Of a stretch of DNA of 58,159 nucleotides, positions 27,078 to 36,117 are shown piece by piece (position 1 is the stretch's first letter; the number at the start of each line of letters is the position of its first letter). Below the pieces are notes generated by a model. That model ran no database searches and had not been told where the DNA came from. It saw only the letters and a list, made by a program, of their open reading frames with translations. This DNA comes from Methanobacteriota archaeon. GTDB lineage: Archaea; Thermoplasmatota; Thermoplasmata; Methanomassiliicoccales; UBA472. Made by a program: the position numbers and the translations under genes. The stretch lies in contig JAJFUR010000020.1 in the NCBI GenBank assembly GCA_021372335.1, positions 1 to 58,159 of the forward strand, written 5' to 3'.

Positions 27078-29042
27078 TTACTTCCCCTTTCTGACCGCGG
27101 GATCGCCGGTCGCCCGGGCCACGATGTCCACCCAGGCGGTCTGCTCACCCTCGACGTTATCGCCCCCGTAGAACTTGTTCTCGTAGACGTCGCTGCGGAC
27201 CTTGATGTTCTCGGCCCCTGCCTCGTATGCGCGGTTCCACACGTACTCCTCGGCCTGCCGCCGGGCGGATGATATGGCCTGCTCCACATGACTGTACGTA
27301 CCGGTCGAGCCGAAGGGACCGAGGACGTAGAAGACGTTGTCCATATTGGGATAGACCTGGGCGGTGACGGTCTCGGAGATCTTACTGCATACCGCCCCGA
27401 CGGCGTTGCCGACGTCGTGGTCCCTTGGAATGACCACCCTGACGTCCATGCGCTTCTCGAGCGGGGGCATGTAGATCGGGGTCGGCGCCCCTATCCCGAC
27501 CAGTGGCCGGTCCAGTCTGGTCCTGAGGACCAAGCTGCTTCCCTGGTTCCCATTGACCGTGGCGCGGAGGAGATAGTTGAAGCCTGGACCGTCCGGCATC
27601 TCCCCCGATTCGTCGAGGACGATCTTCCTCATTACCTCCTCTCCGACCCGGGTAACGAACTCCTGCTGGAAGGACTCCAGGCATTCCCCGACGGTCGTAT
27701 GGGTCCGATCGGCGATGAACTGCACGCCCAGCCGGGCCGCCTCCACATCGAAGCGGGTGAAGTGGCCCTGCACGTGCATGAAGTCCGTGGCGGTGAGCCC
27801 CGTCATCTGAAGGAAGCCGCGGTCCTTGAGATGCTTGACCACGTCCCGATATGTATACACCTCGGGGGCGCCGCGCCTGATCTCCTCCAGGGTGCAGAGC
27901 GGGTTGGCCTTGACGAACTCGTACACCTCCTTCTCCTTAGGGGAAAGCTTGGCCGTCCCCCTCTCCACAGGAAGGTAGTAGTTGGTCTCGCCAGTGGCGC
28001 CCATCCTCTCCCTCAGCCGGGGATGGGCGACCGAGGCCACGGCCAACGGCACCACCCGCTCCGGCCCGATCTTGAAGTTGCCCCTCTGATCGGGGACGAC
28101 ATGCGAGTCCCCGCCCAGGCCCACGGTCCAGATGTCTATGGCCCGGACCCTGGTCCGCCAATGGCCGACGGTCGCCCCCTCCTTGGAGATGCGTGGGAAG
28201 CCATCATCCAGGAAAGCGATGTCCGTGGACGTGCCCCCGATGTCCACCACGATGAAGCTATCCTCCTTGCTGAGCAGCTTGGCGCCCATCAGGCTTGCGG
28301 CCGGCCCGGACAGGATGGTCTCCACGGGGCGCTCCCGGGCCTTCTCGATGCTCATGAGGGTCCCATCCCCCTTGAAGACCAGGATCGTGGCGTCGATGCC
28401 CCTCTCCTTCAGGGAGCGCTCCACCCCGTCCAGGAACTCGGATATGACCGGTAGCAGCCTTGCGTTGAGCACAGCGGTGACGCTGCGCTCCGGCACACCG
28501 AGCTGAGAGGTCAGATGATGGCCCAGCACGACCGGCAGGCCGGTCCGTTCCTTGATGGTGCGGGCCGCCTCGATCTCATGGGCGGGGTTGTACACGCTGA
28601 AATGGCTGGAGACGACGAAGGAGTCGACCTCTCCCTTCATTCTTTCTATGGCCTCCTCGAGCGCGTTGGTGTCCAAGGGGGCGAGTTCCTGGGCCCATAC
28701 CCCGTGCCCCCCCTTGATATAGGCATCCATGTCCGCCCCCGAGCGGAACCCGGGCGTCGGGGTCCATCCGATCCCTATATGCCCAACCTTGCCGCCCTTC
28801 CCGGTCAAAATGGAATTGGTGGCGAGGGTCGTGGAAAGCCCTACGAACTGGATCTCGCTTCGCTCACATTCCTCGCACTGCAGCACATCGTCGATCGCCT
28901 CCAGGACCCCGATGGCCAGGTCTTGGTACGTGGTCTGGGCCTTGCCCTTTGCCAGGACCTCCAGGCTCTCCATGTCCACGATCGCCGCATCGGTGTATGT
29001 GCCCCCAGTATCAAGCCCAAGTCCAAGCTTCCTGGTCGCCAT
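27078..29042 (-). CDS. hydantoinase/oxoprolinase-family (HyuA-like) protein
   Basis: 654 aa. It has an ASKHA phosphate-1 motif (GLDTGGTYTDAAIV) and a second one (VVDIGGTSTDIA). Confidence 0.75.
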   Translation of the reverse strand: MATRKLGLGLDTGGTYTDAAIVDMESLEVLAKGKAQTTYQDLAIGVLEAIDDVLQCEECERSEIQFVGLSTTLATNSILTGKGGKVGHIGIGWTPTPGFRSGADMDAYIKGGHGVWAQELAPLDTNALEEAIERMKGEVDSFVVSSHFSVYNPAHEIEAARTIKERTGLPVVLGHHLTSQLGVPERSVTAVLNARLLPVISEFLDGVERSLKERGIDATILVFKGDGTLMSIEKARERPVETILSGPAASLMGAKLLSKEDSFIVVDIGGTSTDIAFLDDGFPRISKEGATVGHWRTRVRAIDIWTVGLGGDSHVVPDQRGNFKIGPERVVPLAVASVAHPRLRERMGATGETNYYLPVERGTAKLSPKEKEVYEFVKANPLCTLEEIRRGAPEVYTYRDVVKHLKDRGFLQMTGLTATDFMHVQGHFTRFDVEAARLGVQFIADRTHTTVGECLESFQQEFVTRVGEEVMRKIVLDESGEMPDGPGFNYLLRATVNGNQGSSLVLRTRLDRPLVGIGAPTPIYMPPLEKRMDVRVVIPRDHDVGNAVGAVCSKISETVTAQVYPNMDNVFYVLGPFGSTGTYSHVEQAISSARRQAEEYVWNRAYEAGAENIKVRSDVYENKFYGGDNVEGEQTAWVDIVARATGDPAVRKGK

Positions 29043-29091
29043 GGATCATCCCAGGGGACAATGGCATCGACGATATATGATTATTACACCC

Positions 29092-30453
29092 TCAGAGAAG
29101 GAGGGCGAAGGGCAGCATGAGGACGGAGAAGAAGGCGGCGGCCGTGCCGGCCACCTTGAGCGCCCTCACGCCCTCCGGCCTAGCCTGGCAGAGCAGCGCC
29201 AGCGACGCCAGGAGCGCCATTTGCGCACCCCCCATCAGAACGTACCTTTCCCTGACGCCCCCGAGATCGTCGATGCGGAGATCCCCGGCCAGGACCATTA
29301 CCGCCAGTCCCTCGAGGGCGATCACCGTCAGCGAAAGGAGGGAGAGCGCGGAGACGACGAGCTTTGCCCTTCCTCCCAGCCTCGGGCTGTCTCGAATGAT
29401 CCACATGGACAAGGCTACCACTGAGAGGGCGAGCAGCTGCGCTCCGGCAAGCCGGAAGGTTCCCTCCAATATCCCTCCGATGCCCTCGATGTGGGTGTTC
29501 GCCGCGAGGGCCATTGCGAAGACGCCCTCGAAGGCCAGCATCGCCATCGAGGCGGCCGCTATGAATTGGACCAGGGACCGGCGGTCGAGCCTCTCAAGGC
29601 TGAGCTTCCATAAGATGGGTGAGACCAGCCCCAGGGCGAACAGCTGGGCGATGCCCGCTACAACGTACCCTTTGGTGGCGTTGCCGGCGCCGGCAACGGT
29701 CACCGAGCCTGCCACAGTGGAGACGGCGACCGCGGCGGCGGCGACCAAGCCCCCGAGCACGCCCATGACGGGCAAGGCCCAACCCAGCCCGATGCGCTTT
29801 TGAAGGCGGGGAGCAGCCCAGGGATCGCTGGTGATCGTCCAAACGAGAAAGATGAGGGCCCCGAGCAGGAAGAGCCCTGCTCCGGCATACACCATCGTCC
29901 TTTCCAGGACCGTTCCGAGGCCAGTGATGGTGGCGTTGCCCGCGATCCCTATTGCGGTTAGGCCCTCCAGCATAAGCATGGCGGAGGCCAGCGAGCCCAG
30001 GGTGTCCGCGAGCCAATTGACCGGGCGGATGTCCCTTAGGCGCCACAGCCTCAGGGAGAGGACGGCGATGGCGAAGAGCTGCGCCCCTATCAGGACGATC
30101 CATTTCTTTCCAACGCCCCCGAAGCCTTCCACGTTCACGTTCCCGGCGATGAGGACCATGACCAACCCCTCCATGGCCAATATAACCATGGCCAGATAGG
30201 TGAGGAGGTCGAACAGTCTGACCAGCACTGTTCGCCTCGGCTCGGGGAAGGCGATCTTCAAGGCCCACATGGCCCCAATGAAAATGCCGAGGGCCGTGAG
30301 TTGAGCGGCCGCTAGTGTGAATGTGGAGGCGAGGATGGTACCGAGGCCCTCTATGCTTGCTTGAGCAGCGATACTGAGGGCGAAGAGCCCCTCGAAGATG
30401 ATGGTCCAGCTCAAAAGCGTTCCGAGCAATGTTCGGCTGGTGATTCCCCTCAT
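29092..30453 (-). CDS. polytopic membrane protein built from six tandem ~70-75-aa repeats
   Basis: 453 aa. The motif (F/L/M)EG(L/V)x5-6(A/L)A(G/A)Nx3(E/T/D)GxG...GAQLxAL recurs six times; the fourth copy is degenerate. Confidence 0.7.
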   Translation of the reverse strand: MRGITSRTLLGTLLSWTIIFEGLFALSIAAQASIEGLGTILASTFTLAAAQLTALGIFIGAMWALKIAFPEPRRTVLVRLFDLLTYLAMVILAMEGLVMVLIAGNVNVEGFGGVGKKWIVLIGAQLFAIAVLSLRLWRLRDIRPVNWLADTLGSLASAMLMLEGLTAIGIAGNATITGLGTVLERTMVYAGAGLFLLGALIFLVWTITSDPWAAPRLQKRIGLGWALPVMGVLGGLVAAAAVAVSTVAGSVTVAGAGNATKGYVVAGIAQLFALGLVSPILWKLSLERLDRRSLVQFIAAASMAMLAFEGVFAMALAANTHIEGIGGILEGTFRLAGAQLLALSVVALSMWIIRDSPRLGGRAKLVVSALSLLSLTVIALEGLAVMVLAGDLRIDDLGGVRERYVLMGGAQMALLASLALLCQARPEGVRALKVAGTAAAFFSVLMLPFALLL

Positions 30454-30507
30454 CTCTTCCCCCTACCCTCCCAGTTACCAATTTCCTGATTTATACAACT
30501 TGTGCAA

Positions 30508-31371
30508 TCATTCAACCTTCCCAACCACCCCCTGGTCGACGAGAGGGGTGTGGATGTTGGACCCTTCCCCGCCCGCCATCGTCCGGAGGTATAGATCGTT
30601 GATCAGCTCTAGCGCCATATGCCCCTTGGGTGTTAGGGCGTAGTCACCCCGGCCTCCCCTCTGGAAGACCATGCCCGAGCTGGTCAGCCTTTGGAGATGG
30701 AACAGTAGGTTGCCGCCCCGAAGGTTGGTTAGGTTCGAGAGCTCGGAGAAGGAGCGCTGGGACCTGCTCAATGCCTTCATGATGACCAGCCTTTGGACGT
30801 TGGCCATTGGCTCCAACAGCCCCCGCACCACCGCCTCCTCCGGCAGGGCCTCGATGCTCTCTCTGACCTCATCCCGGCTCATATAGAGCCTAAGCTGGCG
30901 CATCAGCTCCGTCTGGTCCTTGAAAAGGGCGCCGACCTCCTTGAAGCACGCATCGCACCTGCCAGGGACGGCAGTGGAACGGAGCGTTTCAAGCTTCTGC
31001 GATTGCCTGCACATGTCCTCCTCGGAGATCCTCCGCTGCCCCATCATGTCCAGGTTCTCATCGAGCAGCTCCATGAACCTCCGCCGGCACTCGGGGCGCA
31101 TTTCGCATCGCTTTGTCATTCCGGCCGTGAGCCGGCTCTCCGCCTTTTCGCGCGCCTCATCGCGCAACAGCTCGAACACCTCAGACCGGCCGTTGATGCC
31201 GAGCTGCGAGCTTTCCAGAAGGGTGCTGATGTACCGGAGCTCTATCCCCAGCTCATCCACCCTCTGCCTCAGCTGGAACAGCTCCCTTTCCATATCGCTC
31301 ATCTCAGTGCTCGTATTTTGCATCATTATCGCTACATAATGATGCCCTCGGAGTATAAAATAATGTACCAT
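30508..31371 (-). CDS. transcriptional regulator with a C-terminal ArsR-like wHTH and an N-terminal coiled-coil/Cys-rich region
   Basis: 287 aa; the start could also be 31326. The HTH region is LVIMKALSRSQRSFSELSNLTNLRGGNLLFHLQRLTSSGMV. The Cys motifs are RCEMRPEC and RCDAC. Confidence 0.65.
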   Translation of the reverse strand: MVHYFILRGHHYVAIMMQNTSTEMSDMERELFQLRQRVDELGIELRYISTLLESSQLGINGRSEVFELLRDEAREKAESRLTAGMTKRCEMRPECRRRFMELLDENLDMMGQRRISEEDMCRQSQKLETLRSTAVPGRCDACFKEVGALFKDQTELMRQLRLYMSRDEVRESIEALPEEAVVRGLLEPMANVQRLVIMKALSRSQRSFSELSNLTNLRGGNLLFHLQRLTSSGMVFQRGGRGDYALTPKGHMALELINDLYLRTMAGGEGSNIHTPLVDQGVVGKVE

Positions 31372-31420
31372 TAAATATATTCATAATATTTTATTTATAT
31401 ATAATTGAATAAAAAAAAGA

Positions 31421-31428
31421 GATTGGGG
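31421..31428 (-). terminator. oligo-T (T8) tract after the corrinoid protein gene
   Basis: An A8 run on the plus strand lies 11-18 nt downstream of the TAA at 31439-31441. Confidence 0.45.
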
Positions 31429-31438
31429 GCGAAGCCCT

Positions 31439-32074
31439 TTAACCCTTCAGCAGCTGGGTGGCGACCCGGACGGCCTCGTTCGCGTCGTAGCCCCAGCCAT
31501 CGGCCCCGATGCTCTTAGCAAAGTCCTGGGAGGTCGCACCACCGCCGATCATGGTCTTGATCTTGCCCTTCAGGCCGCTCTCGACCAGCATCTTCTCAAT
31601 TTCCTTCATTCCTGCCAGTGTCGGGGTCATCAGGGTGGAGGTCGCGATGATCTGGGCGTTCTCGTCCTTCGCCTTCTGTATGATGTCCTTCAGGGGCACG
31701 TCACGGCCCAGGTCGAACATGGTGTTCCCGGCTCCGGTCAGCAGGGCCTTGACGATGTTCTTGCCGATGTCGTGGACATCCCCCTCGACCACACAGATCA
31801 CGATCTTCCCCGCAGCCTCAGCGGAGGCCGTGTCCAACTTCGGAAGGGCCAAGTTCAATCCCTGGTACAGCGTCTGAGCGGACAGCAGGACCTGGGGCAG
31901 GAAGTACTCCTTCTTTTCGTACTTCTCGCCCACGATCTCCATTGCCTTGCTCAGTCCGTTGAAGATGATCTCTCTGGCGGTGACCCCGGAATCAAGGAGT
32001 CGCTGGGTCTCCCCCTTCGCTTCCTTGATCCTCCCCTTTACCACTATGTCGATCAATGTGTCCAAGTTTGCCAT
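31439..32074 (-). CDS. methyltransferase cognate corrinoid protein (MtbC/MttC/MtmC-size class)
   Basis: 211 aa. It has the B12-binding DxHxxG motif (GDVHDIGKN) and an N-terminal helical cap. GGAGG lies 9 nt upstream of the ATG. Confidence 0.88.
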   Translation of the reverse strand: MANLDTLIDIVVKGRIKEAKGETQRLLDSGVTAREIIFNGLSKAMEIVGEKYEKKEYFLPQVLLSAQTLYQGLNLALPKLDTASAEAAGKIVICVVEGDVHDIGKNIVKALLTGAGNTMFDLGRDVPLKDIIQKAKDENAQIIATSTLMTPTLAGMKEIEKMLVESGLKGKIKTMIGGGATSQDFAKSIGADGWGYDANEAVRVATQLLKG

Positions 32075-32133
32075 TTCTATTTTCCTCCAAAGAAGTTTTC
32101 TGCCACCAAATTTCTATCTAAACTAATAAACCC

Positions 32134-32191
32134 TTGGATGGATGGATGAGATATCCAAAGCCTTTTTATTGGATGGATTATACATCCATAT
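32134..32191. promoter_or_regulatory. two GGATGGAT-type inverted repeats upstream of the corrinoid protein gene
   Basis: Read directly: TTGGATGGATGGATGAGATATCCAA at 32134-32158, and GGATGGAT-TATAC-ATCCAT at 32171-32189. They lie 60-115 bp upstream of the ATG at 32074. Confidence 0.5.
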
Positions 32192-32252
32192 CATTATGCC
32201 ATACACTATCGTTAATGGCGTTTAGGGACATGATATTTATACTGCGCGACAT

Positions 32253-33311
32253 CTATACTTTTTTATATATAATTTCCCCGCATTCCGGACATCTTCCATC
32301 GACCGTCCTGTCGCTGATATCGGAATAGGAAGGGCAGAACCTGCTCAGCCCGCGCCCCTCGAAGACGATCCTTTCCGCGGCGTCCCTCGCGGAGCGTTCT
32401 ATGACCACCTTCCCACATCTAGGACAGAAGGTGCGGTGGTCCTTCCCCTCCACCATGCCGCTGAGGTAGATGAACCTGAGGCCGATGCCTGTCCCAAGTC
32501 CCTTGGCGCCTTCCATCGTCCTCATGTCCGTTGGTTCGAGCCCGGAGAGGCGGTGGGCGGGCATGAACCTGTAGAGATGTACGGGCACCTCCTTCCCAAG
32601 CTCCCTTGCCACCCATTCGAAGAATCCGGTCAGCTCCTCAGTTCCGTCGTTCAGACCGGGGATGATGAGGTACGCCAACTCCAGAGGCCTTCCTTCCTTG
32701 TAGATGCGCTCGCAGATGCGGAGCACCGGGGAGAGCGTTCCCCCGCAATGGCGCTGATAGAACCCTTCCGTGAATCCTTTCACGTCCACCTTGAAGACGT
32801 CCACCGCCGCGATGAGCTCCGCCAACGGCCCTTCCTGCACGAAGCCGTTGGTGTTCATCACGATGTAAAGACCGTACCTCCTGGCGACCGAGGCCACATC
32901 CAGCACGTACTCGCTCCATACCACGGGCTCGTTGAATGTGAAGGCTATCCCCTGCACCCCTTTATCCAGCGCCAGGGCGACGGCCGCTTCCGGTGCCATA
33001 GGCGTCCCCTCATGCCCCTTCGGCCCGGAGGAGGCAAGGGCGGCGTTCTGGCAACAGTCGCAGTCCAGGTTGCATCCGAACGTGCCGAGGGACAGCAGCC
33101 TGCTGCCCGGCCTATAGTGATAGATCGGCTTCTTCTCTATCTGATCGACCGCCTGAGCGCATACCTGACCATAATTTAGGGCGTGCAGCACGCCTCCTTG
33201 CACGCCCCGGGCCCGGCACCTTCCAAGCTCCCCCTCTCCAATAACACATTCGTGAGGGCATAGGGCGCAGGTAACTTTGTCCCCTTCTAGAATGCCCCAT
33301 CTCGCTTGCAT
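32253..33311 (-). CDS. radical SAM enzyme, pyruvate formate-lyase-activase-like / AmmeMemoRadiSam-type
   Basis: 352 aa. It has the cluster motif CNLDCDCCQN, an N-terminal CxxCxxxC-like segment (CALCPHEC) and a C-terminal zinc ribbon (CPRCG...CPECG). TAG stop. Confidence 0.75.
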   Translation of the reverse strand: MQARWGILEGDKVTCALCPHECVIGEGELGRCRARGVQGGVLHALNYGQVCAQAVDQIEKKPIYHYRPGSRLLSLGTFGCNLDCDCCQNAALASSGPKGHEGTPMAPEAAVALALDKGVQGIAFTFNEPVVWSEYVLDVASVARRYGLYIVMNTNGFVQEGPLAELIAAVDVFKVDVKGFTEGFYQRHCGGTLSPVLRICERIYKEGRPLELAYLIIPGLNDGTEELTGFFEWVARELGKEVPVHLYRFMPAHRLSGLEPTDMRTMEGAKGLGTGIGLRFIYLSGMVEGKDHRTFCPRCGKVVIERSARDAAERIVFEGRGLSRFCPSYSDISDRTVDGRCPECGEIIYKKV

Positions 33312-33522
33312 GGAAAGGCTCGCCGGGGTCTAATAGTCGTCATCCTCGCTTTGGGACGCACCGCACACAGGGCATTTGTCCTGGTTCTTCTTCAAGATGC
33401 ATCCGCACACGATGCACTCTACCAATCTACCCCTCTGGATGCTATATAGGCCGGGTGTGTAATTAAGCTTCGGTCCGGGCTTTGGGACGGAATATTGGGA
33501 AATGGAAGTGAGATTGGGGCCA

Positions 33523-34461
33523 TCAGCCCCTGCTGGCCATCGTTAGGGACAGCCCCTTGCGAATGTCGTAGGCTGGTACGAAGCCTAGGTCCCGGCGCGC
33601 CTTCCCGATATCGGCCAGGGAGTGCCGCACATCCCCCTTCCTTTCGGCCCGATGCTCTATCATGCCCTCTTCTCTCAGCCCCATTTCCATTAGGACCAAG
33701 GAGGCCAACTGGTTCACGGAGACCCTCTCCTGGCAGGCGATGTTGAAGGCCTCGCCGTTGTGCCCCTCGTCCAAGGCGGCCAATATGTTCGCGCGCACCA
33801 CGTCCCGCACGAAGATGAAATCCCGGGTCTGCTCCCCGTCCCCGAAGATTGTTAGAGGCTTGCCGGCCCTTGCCGCGGAGATGAACCGGGGGACCACGGC
33901 CGCATAGTCCGAGGACGGGTCCTGGCGCGGACCATAGACGTTGAAGTAACGCAGGCTGCAGGTAGGCAACCCATAGTTCAGCCAGAAATTGCGGCAGTAC
34001 AGCTCCCCGGTGAGCTTGGTGACCGCGTACGGGGAGATCGGGTCGGGGAGGTCCTCCTCCCGCTTCAGGTCCGAGGGCGTGTTCCCGTAGACCGCGGACG
34101 AGGAAGCGAAGACGACCTTGCGCACCTTGGCGGCCCGAGCTTCGTTCAGCACCCGGAGCGTCCCGCAGACGTTCACCTGATTGCTGGCGATCGGGTCGTC
34201 CACGCTCTTCGGGACCGAGGCTATGGCCGCGTGGTGGAAGACGTAGTCCACCCCCTCCATCGCGCTTCGGACCTTCTCCGCGTCCCGGACGCTTGCCACG
34301 ATCACCTCGGCGTCCATCCCTTCAAGGTTGCCCCTCTTCCCGGTAGTGAGGTCGTCGATGACCAGCACCTCGTTGTCCGCGCTCAGGGCCTCCACGATAT
34401 GGGAGCCTATGAAGCCTGCCCCTCCGGTGACCAGGATGCGCTTCCCTTTGATCGATGCCAT
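33523..34461 (-). CDS. NAD-dependent sugar epimerase/dehydratase (SDR)
   Basis: ATG at 34461, 312 aa. It has GGAGFIGSH and the catalytic YAVTK. Confidence 0.85.
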   Translation of the reverse strand: MASIKGKRILVTGGAGFIGSHIVEALSADNEVLVIDDLTTGKRGNLEGMDAEVIVASVRDAEKVRSAMEGVDYVFHHAAIASVPKSVDDPIASNQVNVCGTLRVLNEARAAKVRKVVFASSSAVYGNTPSDLKREEDLPDPISPYAVTKLTGELYCRNFWLNYGLPTCSLRYFNVYGPRQDPSSDYAAVVPRFISAARAGKPLTIFGDGEQTRDFIFVRDVVRANILAALDEGHNGEAFNIACQERVSVNQLASLVLMEMGLREEGMIEHRAERKGDVRHSLADIGKARRDLGFVPAYDIRKGLSLTMASRG

Positions 34462-34502
34462 GCTATCAGGACGGGGGCACAAACGCCTCGGCGCTATTGA
34501 AC

Positions 34503-35237
34503 CTATGCCTTGCGCCCCCTATGCCGCCCAAGCCCCCCGACCTTCCCCAGGCGGATGACCCCAATGTCGCTGCACCCGTAGACCTCCGCCCTGGCCATGT
34601 CCACCCCCTTCAGGCCGGGGGAGAGGGGGCCTTCGGCCAGCAGGGCGCTCACATCGTTCCCGGCGGCCAGGGGGCTGAAGGCCGGGAGGACCAAGACCCG
34701 CTCGTCCGGATGATAGAGGAAGGCCGGGAGCTTGACGAACCCGCCCACTCCGTCGAAGAGGCGGACGGAGGGATGCTCATGCCCCTGGACCAAGGGGCGG
34801 GGGGAGAAAGGCAGATGACCATGGACGAGATGGACGCCGTCCACCTCGAGCGCTTCGACCAGCTCGACCCCCGCCTGCGATGTGATGGTGGCCAGATAGT
34901 TATCGTGATTGCCCCTGATTACCGTCACGGGGGCCAGGGAACGCAAGTGCGCCAGCATCCCGCGCACCTGCGACCATTCCTGGTCGAGGTTGCGGGAGAA
35001 CTCATGCTTCAGGTCCCCGAGCACCACGATGCGGTCCGGCCGTTGCCTCTCGGCGGCCATGGTCACCCGTTCGTGCATCTCCGCGGCCTGGGATCGGGGG
35101 AGCTGCATCCCTTCCAGCTCCAGGCTGGCCTCGATCCCCAGGTGCAGGTCCCCCAGGACCATTGTCCTTGAGGGGAGCAGAACGGCGCACCGCTCGTTCG
35201 TGATGCGCAGCCCCGGCGCGACATCGAGGTGGAGCAT
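34503..35237 (-). CDS. calcineurin-like metallophosphoesterase
   Basis: 244 aa. Motifs are VLGDLHLG, VVLGDLKH, RGNHDN and GHEH. Confidence 0.75.
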   Translation of the reverse strand: MLHLDVAPGLRITNERCAVLLPSRTMVLGDLHLGIEASLELEGMQLPRSQAAEMHERVTMAAERQRPDRIVVLGDLKHEFSRNLDQEWSQVRGMLAHLRSLAPVTVIRGNHDNYLATITSQAGVELVEALEVDGVHLVHGHLPFSPRPLVQGHEHPSVRLFDGVGGFVKLPAFLYHPDERVLVLPAFSPLAAGNDVSALLAEGPLSPGLKGVDMARAEVYGCSDIGVIRLGKVGGLGRHRGRKA

Positions 35238-35332
35238 GGGGGAAGGAACGCGCTAGGGGGGATATCAAACCCTTGCCCACTTTCGATGCCTGGGGCGATA
35301 GGGTATTATACGCACTCCCCACTGAAAGGACG

Positions 35333-36097
35333 ATGATCAAGCGCACCTTCCTGCTTCTGCCGGGCATCGGGCAGGTCAAGGAGCGCCGGCTCTGGGAGGC
35401 CGGCGTGCTCTCCTGGGAGGAGTTCTCGGAGAGGAGGCACGTCGAGGGCATCTCCGACCATCGCAAGGAGGACCTGGACCGGGAGCTGGGGACGGCCATG
35501 GAGCTCTGGGGCCGCGGCCGGACCGATTACTTCACCCGGTTGCTCCCGAGCGGCCAGCATTGGCGCATGTACCGACGCCTGAGGGAGGCCACCGCCTACC
35601 TGGACATAGAGACGGACGGCCTGGGCCCGGGGGCGGTCATCACCATGGTCTCCGTGCACAGGGACGGGAAGACCGTCACGCTCACCCGCGGGATCGACCT
35701 TGACGCGGGGGGATTGGAGAGGGCACTCACCGGCACCAAGATGCTGGTCACCTTCAATGGCAGCACCTTCGACCTTCCGATGATCGAGAGGGAGTTCCCC
35801 TTCATCGTGCCCAGGGTCCCGCATTATGACCTTAGGCACGCCTGCCCCAAGGTCGGCCTCCGGGGCGGGCTGAAGCAGGTGGAGGTCCTCCTAGGCCATC
35901 GCCGTCCCCAGGAAGTGGAGTACGTGACGGGCGAGGAGGCGGTGTACCTTTGGCATCTCTGGCAAAGGAAGGGGAGCGAGAACGCCCTGCGCCTGCTGCG
36001 CCGCTACAATCAGGAGGACGCCAGGAACCTAGAGCCGCTCGCCGCGATCGTCTACGACCGGTTGGCCGACATGCTGGCAGGGGGGTGCGGCCGATAA
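35333..36097 (+). CDS. RNase H-like / DEDD exonuclease-fold protein
   Basis: ATG at 35333 is preferred, giving 254 aa. It has an Exo I-like motif (AYLDIETDGL) and then FNGSTFDLPM. Confidence 0.65.
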   Translation: MIKRTFLLLPGIGQVKERRLWEAGVLSWEEFSERRHVEGISDHRKEDLDRELGTAMELWGRGRTDYFTRLLPSGQHWRMYRRLREATAYLDIETDGLGPGAVITMVSVHRDGKTVTLTRGIDLDAGGLERALTGTKMLVTFNGSTFDLPMIEREFPFIVPRVPHYDLRHACPKVGLRGGLKQVEVLLGHRRPQEVEYVTGEEAVYLWHLWQRKGSENALRLLRRYNQEDARNLEPLAAIVYDRLADMLAGGCGR

Positions 36098-36117
36098 CCG
36101 AGGATGTCAGGGGGTTC

